This document shows, piece after piece, positions 1-7,927 of a DNA stretch of 29,357 nucleotides. Positions within the stretch are counted from its first letter, which is position 1. Each line of letters begins with the position of its first letter. The DNA comes from Nannocystis sp. (lineage in GTDB: Bacteria; Myxococcota_A; Polyangia; Nannocystales; Nannocystaceae), in NCBI RefSeq assembly GCF_016714285.1, contig NZ_JADJNN010000008.1, forward strand, positions 388,669 through 418,025, given 5' to 3'. Under the pieces are notes generated by a model. That model was not told where the DNA came from and searched no databases. It saw only the letters and a list, made by a program, of their open reading frames with translations. The position numbers and the translations under genes were made by a program.

Positions 1-1321
1 AGACCTGCGTCCCCGGCTCCGGCTCGCCCGTCGACGTGGGCATCGACGTGGGCGCGGCCGGATGTGCGCGTCCGACAGTCCCGGCCGCGAGCGCCTCCAC
101 GACGCCGAGCACGTCGCCCCCGGCCAGCAGCGCACCGACCATCCGCCGCACCACGTTGCTCAGCTGACGCACGTTACCTGGCCACGCGTAGCGCAGCAGC
201 CGGGTCATCACCGCCGTCGGCAGCTCCCGCGAGCAGTCGCGTGTCATCGCCTCGAACAGCTCGGACTGGCCGGCGCGGCGCAGCTCGTGCTCGAGGAAGT
301 GCACGAGCAGGCGCGGCACGTCGTCGAGTCGGTCTCGCAGCGGTGGCACCACCAGCTCGTGCCCGGCGAGGCGGTGCAGCAACGACGGTCGGAACGCGCC
401 AGATTCGATCGCTGCGTCGAGGTTCGCGTCGGTCGCCGCGATCACCCGCACGTCCACGCGCCGCGCCGGCGCCCCGCCGATCGGCTGGACCTCGCCGCTC
501 TCGAGCACCCGCAGCAGCATCGCCTGCACCTCGATCGACGCCTCCCCGATCTCGTCGAGGAAGAGCGTCCCGCCGTCCGCCTCGCGGAAGTAGCCCGGCC
601 TCGACTGCAGCGCCCCCGTGAACGAACCCCGGACATGACCAAACAGCTCGGCGATCGCGGTGCCGGGGTTCAGGGCCGCCAGGTTGATCGCCACGTAGCT
701 CCTGGCGGCGCGAGGCGACGCCGCGTGCAGCGCCCGTGCGACCAATTCCTTGCCTGCCCCCGAGGGCCCGCGGATGAGCACCGGCACGGGCAGTCCGGCC
801 GCCTGTGTGATCTCGCGGCGCACCTGCTGGATCCCCGCGCTCTCGCCGACCAGGCCGTACTTCGGCGCCGGCTCTTCGCCCCCGACAACGGCGTGCAATA
901 GCAACACCACCCGCCCGCCGAGCTCGAGCACGACGCCGCGAGCGAGCCGCTCGGCGGTCACGGTCAACGGTCCTGTCAGCTGCATGGCGTCCACGGTCAC
1001 CCCAGAGCCCGCGCCCATCGGGTCGATCACCACATCGCCCGCCTCGCTGGCCCGCAACATCAGGGGTGAGCGGCTGATGTACGGGTCGAGGAGCGGCCCG
1101 GTCACCCGCCCATCTGTGGTCCGCAGCTCCGGCGTGCGCCGCGAGAGCTCCACGCCCCCTGCGAGCCCCACGAGCTCGACCCGCTCGCCGATCCGCCGCA
1201 GCGACGGGTGTCCTGCCAGCGTCAGCAGCACGCGCCGTCGTGGTGCCGCGCGATGAGTCGCCCCGTTCGGCACCCGCGTCGTCTCGTCCAGCGGCCCCAC
1301 CAATCCAACCATCGCCGACAT
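1..1321 (-). CDS. Sigma-54-dependent transcriptional activator (bacterial enhancer-binding protein) with an N-terminal FHA-like domain. Partial: the C-terminus, including the HTH, runs off the window start.
   Basis: My own minus-strand translation, in the frame with ATG at 1321-1319. This frame is missing from the ORF track because it has no stop inside the window. It reads [10 protein letters not shown]..., then a Walker [20 protein letters not shown] (plus ~745-800), then [13 protein letters not shown] and [11 protein letters not shown] (plus ~565-660), which are the hallmark GAFTGA and Walker B motifs of sigma-54 AAA+ activators. The first ~170 aa read like an FHA domain ([12 protein letters not shown]...[18 protein letters not shown]). 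The frame stays open to position 2. Confidence 0.85.
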   Translation of the reverse strand, partial: MSAMVGLVGPLDETTRVPNGATHRAAPRRRVLLTLAGHPSLRRIGERVELVGLAGGVELSRRTPELRTTDGRVTGPLLDPYISRSPLMLRASEAGDVVIDPMGAGSGVTVDAMQLTGPLTVTAERLARGVVLELGGRVVLLLHAVVGGEEPAPKYGLVGESAGIQQVRREITQAAGLPVPVLIRGPSGAGKELVARALHAASPRAARSYVAINLAALNPGTAIAELFGHVRGSFTGALQSRPGYFREADGGTLFLDEIGEASIEVQAMLLRVLESGEVQPIGGAPARRVDVRVIAATDANLDAAIESGAFRPSLLHRLAGHELVVPPLRDRLDDVPRLLVHFLEHELRRAGQSELFEAMTRDCSRELPTAVMTRLLRYAWPGNVRQLSNVVRRMVGALLAGGDVLGVVEALAAGTVGRAHPAAPTSMPTSTGEPEPGTQV

Positions 1322-1758
1322 CGAGTATCGGCCCAAGCAAGCGCTTGAACCAGGGACCAAGCTCGCACGCTCGTCGCCACCCGCTCGCAGGCGCAGGCGC
1401 TCACGTCGGCCGGGCCGAGCGCGCGCGAGGTACCTCAAGCGCGCGCTCGAGAGCCTGCGCGCCTCGCTCGGGGCTGAGGAGACGATGAGCGAGCAGCCGA
1501 CGGCGAGCCGTGAATCGGAGACCGGAGGTCAGGACGGACGCGCCAGCGCTCGTGCGACGCGTACACAAGGCCGCCGCGCTCGCTGGCATGGGCGGACGAT
1601 CAGGTTGTGGGTCGCCTCGAGCTCGCCGTGGCCCTCGACACGCGGGCATGCGATCAGTCCTCTCCGTCGTTGTCGTCGGCGGCGGCGGCGGGATCGTCGG
1701 TGGCGCGAGGCCGTCGTGGTTGCATCGGCCCCGCGGGTGAGGCGGGGCCGGGATCGGG

Positions 1759-4371
1759 TCACTTCGGGACGACGCAGACCAGCAGGGGCTCGGTCTCGTT
1801 GTTGCTCTCCTTGCATTCGTTGAGGCCGCCCATGCCCTTGCCGTCGTCGTCGACGACCGCGTGGATGGTGACGGACTCGGTGACGTTCGGGACGCTGAGC
1901 GTGACCTGCTCGGCGGCGCCGGCCGCCAGCGGGCCCTTGGTGAACGCGGTGCCCAGGTAGCCCTTGTTCTGCTCGTAGAAGGACACGGGCACGCCCGGCC
2001 CGACGCCGAGGCAGCCGAGATTGGCGACCCACACGCTCATCGCAAGGTCGGGGCATTTGACGTAGTCGACGTCGAGGTCGTAGACCTGCAAGTCGGGGGC
2101 GCAGAAGGCCTTGGCGCCCTGGGCGTTGCGGCGGTAGCTGTTGTATGGATTCATCGCCGGCGTGGCCCAGCTCGGCGGCTCGGCGAGCGGGATCTCGCCG
2201 ACAAGGCCCACATTCGTGATGTGGTACGTATGTTGGTTCCACACGGGCCGGGTGGAGACCCAATTATCGAGTGAGTCGCCCCAGACCTCCAGGCCGCTGT
2301 CGAGCACGCCAGAGCCGCCGTCGTTGTTGGTCGGGAAGATGATCTCGGCCTTGAAATCGCCGTCGACGTCGGCGATGACTGGGTATTCGGTGCGGGTGCG
2401 CGAGCCGTTCTTGTCGCGGAACAGCACCTCGGCGTCGGTCATGTTGCCGTCGCACGCGGGGCCCTTGGGGTTCTTGAGGCAGTCGGGCTCGACGCCGGGG
2501 TAGATGCGCAGATAGACCTCATCGTTGTAGACGACCTCGTTACGGCCGTCGCCGTCGAAGTCGAAGACGGAGCTGCCCGTGACCTGGGAGGAGGTGTCAT
2601 CGGTCGGGGCGCTCCACAGCTTGGTGAAGGTCGCCGCGCCGTCGTACTTGTAGACGATGTACTGGCTCGATCCGGCCGCCGCGACCTCGGGCTTACCGTC
2701 GCCGTCGAAGTCGGCGATGTTGGGCGGGCCGCCGGAGCCGCCGTTGGGGATCGGCGCCTCGGCCAGCTTGGCGCCGGTCAGGGGGTTTAGGGCGTAGATC
2801 TTGGCGCTGCCGACGATGATCACCTCCGGCTTCTTGTCGCCGTTGAAGTCGGCGACCCCGCAGAAGCCGTCGACCACCGCGCTGTTCCACAGCTGCTTGA
2901 CGGTGAAGGTGTTGAGCGCGACCTTGCCCGAGAAGCCGAACGCGGTCTTACCGGCGATGAGCTCCTGGTAGCCGTCGCCGTCGAGGTCAGCGACGCAGCT
3001 GATCGGGCCCTGACCGTTCTTGCCCTCGCCCTGTGTGCCCTCGAACAGCTTCTTGCCCTTCGAGTTGAAGATCGCGTCGGCGTAGATGACCTCGGCGTCG
3101 CCGTCGTTGTCGAGGTTGGCGATCGCCACGGCGCTGCTGACGTTGGCGGCCGTGAACACGTCGGACTTCCACAGCGGCGCACCGGTGCTGCTAAACGCCA
3201 GGATGTTCTTGCCTTCACCTGGGACCAGGATCTCGGGCTTACCGTCGTAGTCGAGGTCGCCGACCGCCGGGCTGGCGGTGCTGTTGGTGTCGTAGTTGGT
3301 GTCGGTGTTGGTGAAGATCTTGGCGCCGTTGTCGCCGCGGATGATGCGGAGCACCCCGTTGGTGTCGGGCTGGCCGGCGGTGTAGCTGTTGAAGATGATC
3401 TCCGGGACGCAGTCCTGATCGAGGTCCACCACCGCGGCCGTCGATGACGATTGGTTGAACGTTGGTCGGTCGTTGACGCCGATGTCGAGGTGCGGCCAGC
3501 CCGGCGTACACACCTTCTTGACGCAGGACTCGGCGGTCTGGCACTGGCTGTCCATTGTGCAAGCCACGACCTTGCGCTTGCCCCACGTGAATGTGGGGAC
3601 CGGCTTGAAGGTCTGGGCCGGCGGCTTGTAGATGCAGTTGAGGTCGGCCTTCGACGGCAGGCAGAGCTTGAGCTCGGAGTCGCAGACATTGCCGATACCG
3701 CAGTCATTGGCGACCTTGGTCGCGCATTGCTGGGTGTCGCAGGCGTCGCCCGGCACCACGCATTCGCCGAGGTAACAGATCTCCTGACCGTTGCAGCAGT
3801 CCTGCTGCTGGCCGCAGGGTGGGGGACCGCCGCAGTCCTTTTGACATTGCGCCTCGATGCAGAGCTGGTCCGGGGCGCAGCACTCGTCGTTGCATTGCTT
3901 GTCGGGCGCACAACCCTGGCCGCCTGTGCTCCCCGAGGTGTCGGAGACCACGCCGCCGCTGCTGCCGGTCGACACCATCGTGTCGCTCTGGGCCCCGCCG
4001 GTGCTGCTGTTGGTGTCGCTGACGTTGCTCGTGCCGGGGTCGGTGTCGGGCAGCGTGGTGGCGGAGTCGGTGGTCGGGCCGCTGGTCGGTCCGGCCGAGG
4101 TCGGCCCCGTCGTGGGCTCGCTCATCGAGCCCTGGGAGGCCGAGCCCGTGCCCGTGGCTGAGTCGCTGACCGTCCCGCTCGCCTCTGTGGGTCCGGGGCC
4201 GGTCGGCGATGTGCCGCTGCTGCCCGCGCTGGTCCCGTCGGTGAGGCCACCGGTCATCCCGAAGGTGTCCGTCGTGCCCGTGGCGTCACCGCACGCGGTG
4301 AGCTGCGCGACTGTCAGGCCGAGCGAGACACGCACGACCACCCCATTCCATCCACCCCATGTCAGTACCAT
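1759..4371 (-). CDS. Large FG-GAP/VCBS-repeat (integrin-alpha-like beta-propeller) lipoprotein. It has an N-terminal Thr/Ser/Gly-rich tether, a Cys-rich module, and a conserved C-terminal WNQHTYHxTNV...EPPSW segment. The start is ambiguous: the ORF is open up to 4545.
   Basis: 928-aa ORF in the track. It contains repeated D-x-D/N-G-D-G-x-x-E calcium-binding FG-GAP blades: DLDYDGKPEILV, NLDNDGDAEVIY, DLDGDGYQELIAG, DFNGDKKPEVIIV, DFDGDGKPEVAAA, DFDGDGRNEVVY, DVDGDFKAEIIF. Two lipobox candidates are present, LTAC (start ATG 4371) and IAAAC (a GTG start further upstream). The low-complexity linker is TGTTDTFGMTGG...SSTGGAQSD. A Cys-rich insert reads CAPDKQCNDECCAPDQLC...C. GC3 is strongly biased. 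Confidence 0.85.
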   Translation of the reverse strand: MVLTWGGWNGVVVRVSLGLTVAQLTACGDATGTTDTFGMTGGLTDGTSAGSSGTSPTGPGPTEASGTVSDSATGTGSASQGSMSEPTTGPTSAGPTSGPTTDSATTLPDTDPGTSNVSDTNSSTGGAQSDTMVSTGSSGGVVSDTSGSTGGQGCAPDKQCNDECCAPDQLCIEAQCQKDCGGPPPCGQQQDCCNGQEICYLGECVVPGDACDTQQCATKVANDCGIGNVCDSELKLCLPSKADLNCIYKPPAQTFKPVPTFTWGKRKVVACTMDSQCQTAESCVKKVCTPGWPHLDIGVNDRPTFNQSSSTAAVVDLDQDCVPEIIFNSYTAGQPDTNGVLRIIRGDNGAKIFTNTDTNYDTNSTASPAVGDLDYDGKPEILVPGEGKNILAFSSTGAPLWKSDVFTAANVSSAVAIANLDNDGDAEVIYADAIFNSKGKKLFEGTQGEGKNGQGPISCVADLDGDGYQELIAGKTAFGFSGKVALNTFTVKQLWNSAVVDGFCGVADFNGDKKPEVIIVGSAKIYALNPLTGAKLAEAPIPNGGSGGPPNIADFDGDGKPEVAAAGSSQYIVYKYDGAATFTKLWSAPTDDTSSQVTGSSVFDFDGDGRNEVVYNDEVYLRIYPGVEPDCLKNPKGPACDGNMTDAEVLFRDKNGSRTRTEYPVIADVDGDFKAEIIFPTNNDGGSGVLDSGLEVWGDSLDNWVSTRPVWNQHTYHITNVGLVGEIPLAEPPSWATPAMNPYNSYRRNAQGAKAFCAPDLQVYDLDVDYVKCPDLAMSVWVANLGCLGVGPGVPVSFYEQNKGYLGTAFTKGPLAAGAAEQVTLSVPNVTESVTIHAVVDDDGKGMGGLNECKESNNETEPLLVCVVPK

Positions 4372-4606
4372 CGGGCGAGCCTGACACGCGGCCGCGATCC
4401 ACACAAGCGTGCTGGTCTGGCCGACGCTGCATGTGACAGCGAGCGGTCGTGGCCGTCGCCGGCGTTCGTGCAGGCGCACGAATGAGCGCTCCGCGGCACG
4501 GGCACAGACACCTGCGGCTGCGGCCGCGGCTGCGGCTGCGGGCATCCGGGCCCTGATCTGTGGTTGCGGTCGCTTGACGAGCCCGCGACGACGAGGCTTG
4601 CGCGCC

Positions 4607-4619
4607 TATCACGGTGATA
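4607..4619. promoter_or_regulatory. Perfect 13-bp palindrome TATCAC-G-GTGATA, 14 nt upstream of the SPFH gene's Shine-Dalgarno. It is a candidate operator, possibly for the Arc-like RHH protein encoded downstream in the same putative operon.
   Basis: Direct reading of cgcctATCACGGTGATatcatcc. The 6-bp arms with a 1-nt centre sit in a promoter-proximal position. Confidence 0.35.
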
Positions 4620-4632
4620 TCATCCTGCCATC

Positions 4633-4638
4633 AGGAGG
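4633..4638 (+). promoter_or_regulatory. Shine-Dalgarno sequence AGGAGG, 5 nt upstream of the SPFH gene ATG (4644).
   Basis: Sequence caGGAGGttttcATG. It is a perfect SD match with canonical spacing. Confidence 0.6.
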
Positions 4639-4643
4639 TTTTC

Positions 4644-5540
4644 ATGGCATCGATCCGCGAACATCGGGGCTTCACCCTCAACGGCTTCCTCGCGCTGGCG
4701 CTGTTCTTCGGGCTCGTCGCCTACGCCGGCAGCGTGGTCTACGAGGTCAGCACGGCCGCCGCGCTGCATGGCAACCCGCGCCCGCAGGACTTCATCCCGC
4801 TGTGGCAGGTCGGCGCCATCGGCCTGCTGCTGCTGATCTGCCTCGGCGGCTTCTTCGTCGTCCAGCCCAACGAGGCCCGCGTGCTGGTGTTCTTCGGCCG
4901 CTACGCCGGCAGCGTCGCCGACGCGGGCTTCTTCTTCGCCAACCCGCTGGCCGGGCGGCACACCATCAGCCTGCGGGTGCACAACTTCAACAGCGAGAAG
5001 CTCAAGGTCAACGACGCCCGCGGCAACCCGATCGAGATCGCCGCGGTGATCGTCTGGCGCGTCACGGATACCGCCCGGGCGCTGCTCGACGTCGAGAACT
5101 ACAAGGGCTTCGTCGCGGTGCAGTGCGAGACGGCGATCCGCGCGGTCGCGACTCGCTTCCCTTATGACAGCCACGACGGCGAGGATTCGCTGCGCAGCAA
5201 CCCCGACGAGGTGAGCGCCGCGCTCAAGACCGAGGTGCAGGCCCGCCTCGACGTCGCCGGCCTCGAGATCATCGAGGCCCGGCTGTCGCACCTCGCCTAC
5301 GCCGCCGAGATCGCCCAGACCATGCTGCGCCGCCAGCAGGCCGAGGCGATCGTCGCGGCTCGCCGGCAGATCGTCGAGGGCGCGGTCGGCATGGTGGAGA
5401 TGGCGCTGCGCCGCCTGCAGGAGACGGGCGTCGTTCAGCTCGACGAGGAGCGCAAGGCCGGGATGGTCAACAACCTCCTGGTCGCGCTGGTCGCCGACCG
5501 CGAGGCCCAGCCGGTGATCAACACCGGAACCCTCTACTGA
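4644..5540 (+). CDS. SPFH / band-7 (stomatin/prohibitin/flotillin-like) membrane protein.
   Basis: The ORF track gives 4614..5540; I prefer ATG 4644 because of the perfect RBS. There is an N-terminal TM helix ([19 protein letters not shown]), a second hydrophobic segment, then an SPFH core ([14 protein letters not shown]...[35 protein letters not shown]...[25 protein letters not shown]) and a coiled-coil-like C-terminus. Confidence 0.85.
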   Translation: MASIREHRGFTLNGFLALALFFGLVAYAGSVVYEVSTAAALHGNPRPQDFIPLWQVGAIGLLLLICLGGFFVVQPNEARVLVFFGRYAGSVADAGFFFANPLAGRHTISLRVHNFNSEKLKVNDARGNPIEIAAVIVWRVTDTARALLDVENYKGFVAVQCETAIRAVATRFPYDSHDGEDSLRSNPDEVSAALKTEVQARLDVAGLEIIEARLSHLAYAAEIAQTMLRRQQAEAIVAARRQIVEGAVGMVEMALRRLQETGVVQLDEERKAGMVNNLLVALVADREAQPVINTGTLY

Positions 5541-5553
5541 CGCCGGTGCCGTC

Positions 5554-5748
5554 ATGAGCGACAAGAAGCGCTTCCTCCTGCGCCTCGAGCCGGATCTCTA
5601 CGCCGCGCTCGAGCGCTGGGCCGCCGACGAGCTGCGCAGCGTCAACGGTCAGATCGAGTTCATCCTCAAGGAGGCGGCGCGCGGCAGCGGACGGCTGCGC
5701 GCGCCGGGTGAGGGCAAGGCCTCGCGGGGCCCGCCGCGGCCCCGTTGA
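5554..5748 (+). CDS. Small Arc/MetJ-type ribbon-helix-helix DNA-binding protein.
   Basis: 64 aa. It starts 14 nt after the SPFH stop, which suggests an operon. [37 protein letters not shown] matches the Arc repressor pattern (F-x-L-R...RSVN-x-x-I) of a beta-strand followed by two helices. The basic, Gly/Pro-rich tail is low complexity. Confidence 0.6.
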   Translation: MSDKKRFLLRLEPDLYAALERWAADELRSVNGQIEFILKEAARGSGRLRAPGEGKASRGPPRPR

Positions 5749-5862
5749 TCCGCACGGCCGCGGTCATGGCCGCCCCCAGGGCCACCGGCCTCGTTGCCCA
5801 CCCGCCTCGTTGCCCTCGGCCGCGGAGGATCACCGTGGTAAGCCGCGCGCGGATCCAGCATC

Positions 5863-7857
5863 ATGCGGCGGTCCATGCGACGTCCTGCACCCCGTAAGGC
5901 CGCGAGGCTCCGCCGCGCGGCGCTCCGTGCAACCGCCACCTTCGGCCTCGGCCTGAGCCTCCTGGCCTTCGGGACAGCCGAGGCCGCGCCCGCAGCTGGG
6001 CCCGCGTCGGCACCCGTGTCGGCACCCGTGTCGGGCTCTGGCGTCGCGCCGCCTTCTGCGGCCACGCCTGGCGCCGCGACGCTGTGGACGCCTGGCATCC
6101 GCGACGCCGCCCACCCGGGCCGCTTCGTCCGCGAGTTCGCCCGGCGCAAGGCCCTGCTGCGCGCCCCCGGTCCCGAGGCGGTGCTGGCACTGCTCGGCGC
6201 GATGGTCGAGCTGCAGGGCGAGATCCCCGGCCTCGAGATGGCGGCCTTCCTCGACGGCGCCCGCAAGCACCGCGAGCCGCTGGTCGCCAGCCACGCCGGC
6301 TACCTGCGCGCGCAGCTCGAGGAGGCCCGCGGCGATCAGGCGCGGGCCACCGCGATGTACCGCGCCGAGGGCTTCGTGCTCGACTGGCAGATCGTCGGCC
6401 CCTTCGAGAACACCGGGCGAGCCGGTCACGCAGCCGTCTACGCCCCCGAGACCGATCCCTTCTCCGCCGGTCAGAGCTTCGTCGGCAAGCTGCCCGGCGA
6501 GCCGCTGGTGTGGCGCCGCTTCGTCCACGAGCAGGCCCCGCGCGGCGCCTTCATCAACCTCGCCGACCTGCTCGACCCGCCCGAGCAGGCCGTCGGCTAC
6601 GCGACCGTGTGGGTCAAGGTCGATCGGCCTGGTCGCGCCGCGCTGCACCTCGGCACCAGCGGCGCCTACAAGGTCTGGCACGACGGCGTCCTGGTCGGCA
6701 GCGACGACACCTACCGTACGCCGACGCCGCTGCAGGCCAGCCACGCGCTCGAGCTGCGCGCGGGCTGGAACCGCATCCTCATCAAGCTGGCCACCGACGA
6801 CGGCATGTGGGGCTTCTACGCCCGGCTCAGCGCCCCCGACGGCCGCCCGCTCGCCGGTCTGGTGAGCACCCTCGAGCCGCAGTCGACGCCCGTGTCGCCT
6901 GGCGCGAAGGACAGGTCCGTTAGCACAGGTCCGAAGGGACAGGTCGCAAAGGCCAGCCCCGGCGCGGGCGGCGTCGCCAGCAGCCCGGTCGGCGTCGGCC
7001 GCCCCGGTGCGGGCGGCGTCGCCAGCAGCCCGGTCGGCGTCGGCCGCCCCGGCGTGCGCAGCCTGCGGGCCGCGCTCGAGGCGAAGGGGCAGGGGCCGCG
7101 CGCGCGCCCGGCCGACCGCCTCGCGCTGGTCGAGTTCTACCGCTGGACCTTGCCGTTTGCCCGCGAGGACCGCAGCGCCGTCGACCGCGCCCGCGAGGCC
7201 GACAGCGCGCTGGGCACCGCTCGCAGCGCGTACCTGCTGGCGACCCTCGACCCCGACCAGAACAACAGCCGCGTCGCCCTGCAGCGCGCCGTCGAACGCG
7301 CCCGCGCTGAAGGGTCCGGCTCCCGGGAGGGCGGCGCCCCGCTGCTGGCCACGCTCCTGGTCGAGCTCTCGCTGCGCGACCGTTACCTCGGCCTCGAGTC
7401 GCGGGCGCGGGCGCTGCTCGACGAGGCCTTCCGCACCGCGCCCGACGACGTCATCGTCGAGCTCGCGCTGGCCGAGCGACTCTCGGAGGACGGCTTCCCG
7501 CTGGCCGCGCTGGCCTGGGTCGGCGACATGCAGCGGCGCTACCCGGACTCGGCGATCCTGGCCCGTCAGCAGGCCGAGCGGCGCATGAACCTCGGCCGCA
7601 CCGAGGAGGCGCTGCAGATCCTCGGCACCCTGCAGGGCGCCCAGCCGACCGACCTCGGCGTCGCCGCGGAGATGCAGGACGGCCTGCTCCGGCTCGGCCG
7701 CGCCGACGAGGCGGTGGCGATCGCCCGCGAGCGCGTGCGTCTGGTCCCCGGCCTGCCCGAGAGCCACCGCGCCCTGGCCCGCTTCGAGGAGGCCCGCGGC
7801 GACCTCGCGGCCGCCCGCGCGGCGATGCAGCGGGCCGCCGATCTGGCCCCCGCATGA
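5863..7857 (+). CDS. N-terminal part (signal peptide, beta-sandwich-like domain, TPR repeats) of a large TPR-DUF3857-transglutaminase-like protein. The frame is interrupted at a C5 homopolymer at 7847-7851. It probably continues into 7853..9859.
   Basis: There is a signal peptide (MRRSMRRPAPRKAARLRRAALRATATFGLGLSLLAFGTAEA|AP) and a C-terminal half rich in TPR-like helices (LDEAFRTAPDDVIVELALAERL..., EALQILGTLQGAQPTDL...). The protein is collinear with the N-terminal 680 aa of the downstream paralog at 9867..13718. Confidence 0.8.
   Translation: MRRSMRRPAPRKAARLRRAALRATATFGLGLSLLAFGTAEAAPAAGPASAPVSAPVSGSGVAPPSAATPGAATLWTPGIRDAAHPGRFVREFARRKALLRAPGPEAVLALLGAMVELQGEIPGLEMAAFLDGARKHREPLVASHAGYLRAQLEEARGDQARATAMYRAEGFVLDWQIVGPFENTGRAGHAAVYAPETDPFSAGQSFVGKLPGEPLVWRRFVHEQAPRGAFINLADLLDPPEQAVGYATVWVKVDRPGRAALHLGTSGAYKVWHDGVLVGSDDTYRTPTPLQASHALELRAGWNRILIKLATDDGMWGFYARLSAPDGRPLAGLVSTLEPQSTPVSPGAKDRSVSTGPKGQVAKASPGAGGVASSPVGVGRPGAGGVASSPVGVGRPGVRSLRAALEAKGQGPRARPADRLALVEFYRWTLPFAREDRSAVDRAREADSALGTARSAYLLATLDPDQNNSRVALQRAVERARAEGSGSREGGAPLLATLLVELSLRDRYLGLESRARALLDEAFRTAPDDVIVELALAERLSEDGFPLAALAWVGDMQRRYPDSAILARQQAERRMNLGRTEEALQILGTLQGAQPTDLGVAAEMQDGLLRLGRADEAVAIARERVRLVPGLPESHRALARFEEARGDLAAARAAMQRAADLAPA
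6961..7050 (+). repeat. Two tandem copies of a 45-bp in-frame unit (ggYgcgggcggcgtcgccagcagcccggtcggcgtcggccgcccc) with one mismatch. It encodes GAGGVASSPVGVGRP twice.
   Basis: Direct reading: 6961-7005 versus 7006-7050 differ only at the third base (c/t). Confidence 0.9.
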
Positions 7858-7927
7858 CGCCGACATCCACGCCCAGATCGGCCGCCTCGCCGCGCGCGCG
7901 GGCGACGTCTCGGCCGCGATCCAGAGC

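Noticed and set aside
62-1340. ORF-track ORFs 62..901 (+), 64..621 (+), 174..1340 (-) and 750..1256 (+) over the left end.
   Set aside because: All are frame or strand shadows of the sigma-54 activator gene. The real frame, read by hand, contains [11 protein letters not shown] and [13 protein letters not shown]. It was not listed because it has no stop inside the window.
1322-1758. Search for a sigma-54 (-24 TGGCAC / -12 TTGCW) promoter near the activator, and elsewhere in the window.
   Set aside because: Only partial matches were found, for example TGGCAT at ~1585, and TGGCAC inside coding sequence at 348 and 6185 without a TTGC at the right spacing. Nothing is convincing enough to annotate.
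1401-2274. ORFs 1485..1823 (+), 1529..2263 (-), 1607..1960 (+) and 1861..2274 (+) around the 3' end of the propeller gene.
   Set aside because: They have Arg/Pro/Ala-rich shadow composition and overlap the well-supported FG-GAP gene in other frames. No motifs are present.
2820-4384. Alternative-frame ORFs 2820..3911 (-), 3451..4161 (+) and 3857..4384 (+) inside the FG-GAP gene.
   Set aside because: They are low-complexity S/T/R/P translations typical of off-frame reading of a GC-rich gene. The in-frame product has clear FG-GAP blades.
4574-4602. TTGACG hexamer (4574-4579) as a -35 for the SPFH operon.
   Set aside because: No acceptable -10 lies at 16-18 nt spacing (the sequence there is CTTGCG), so I did not annotate a promoter.
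4620-5564. 314-aa minus-strand ORF fully antisense to the SPFH gene.
   Set aside because: It is an antisense shadow. The plus frame has a perfect RBS, TM helices and an SPFH core.
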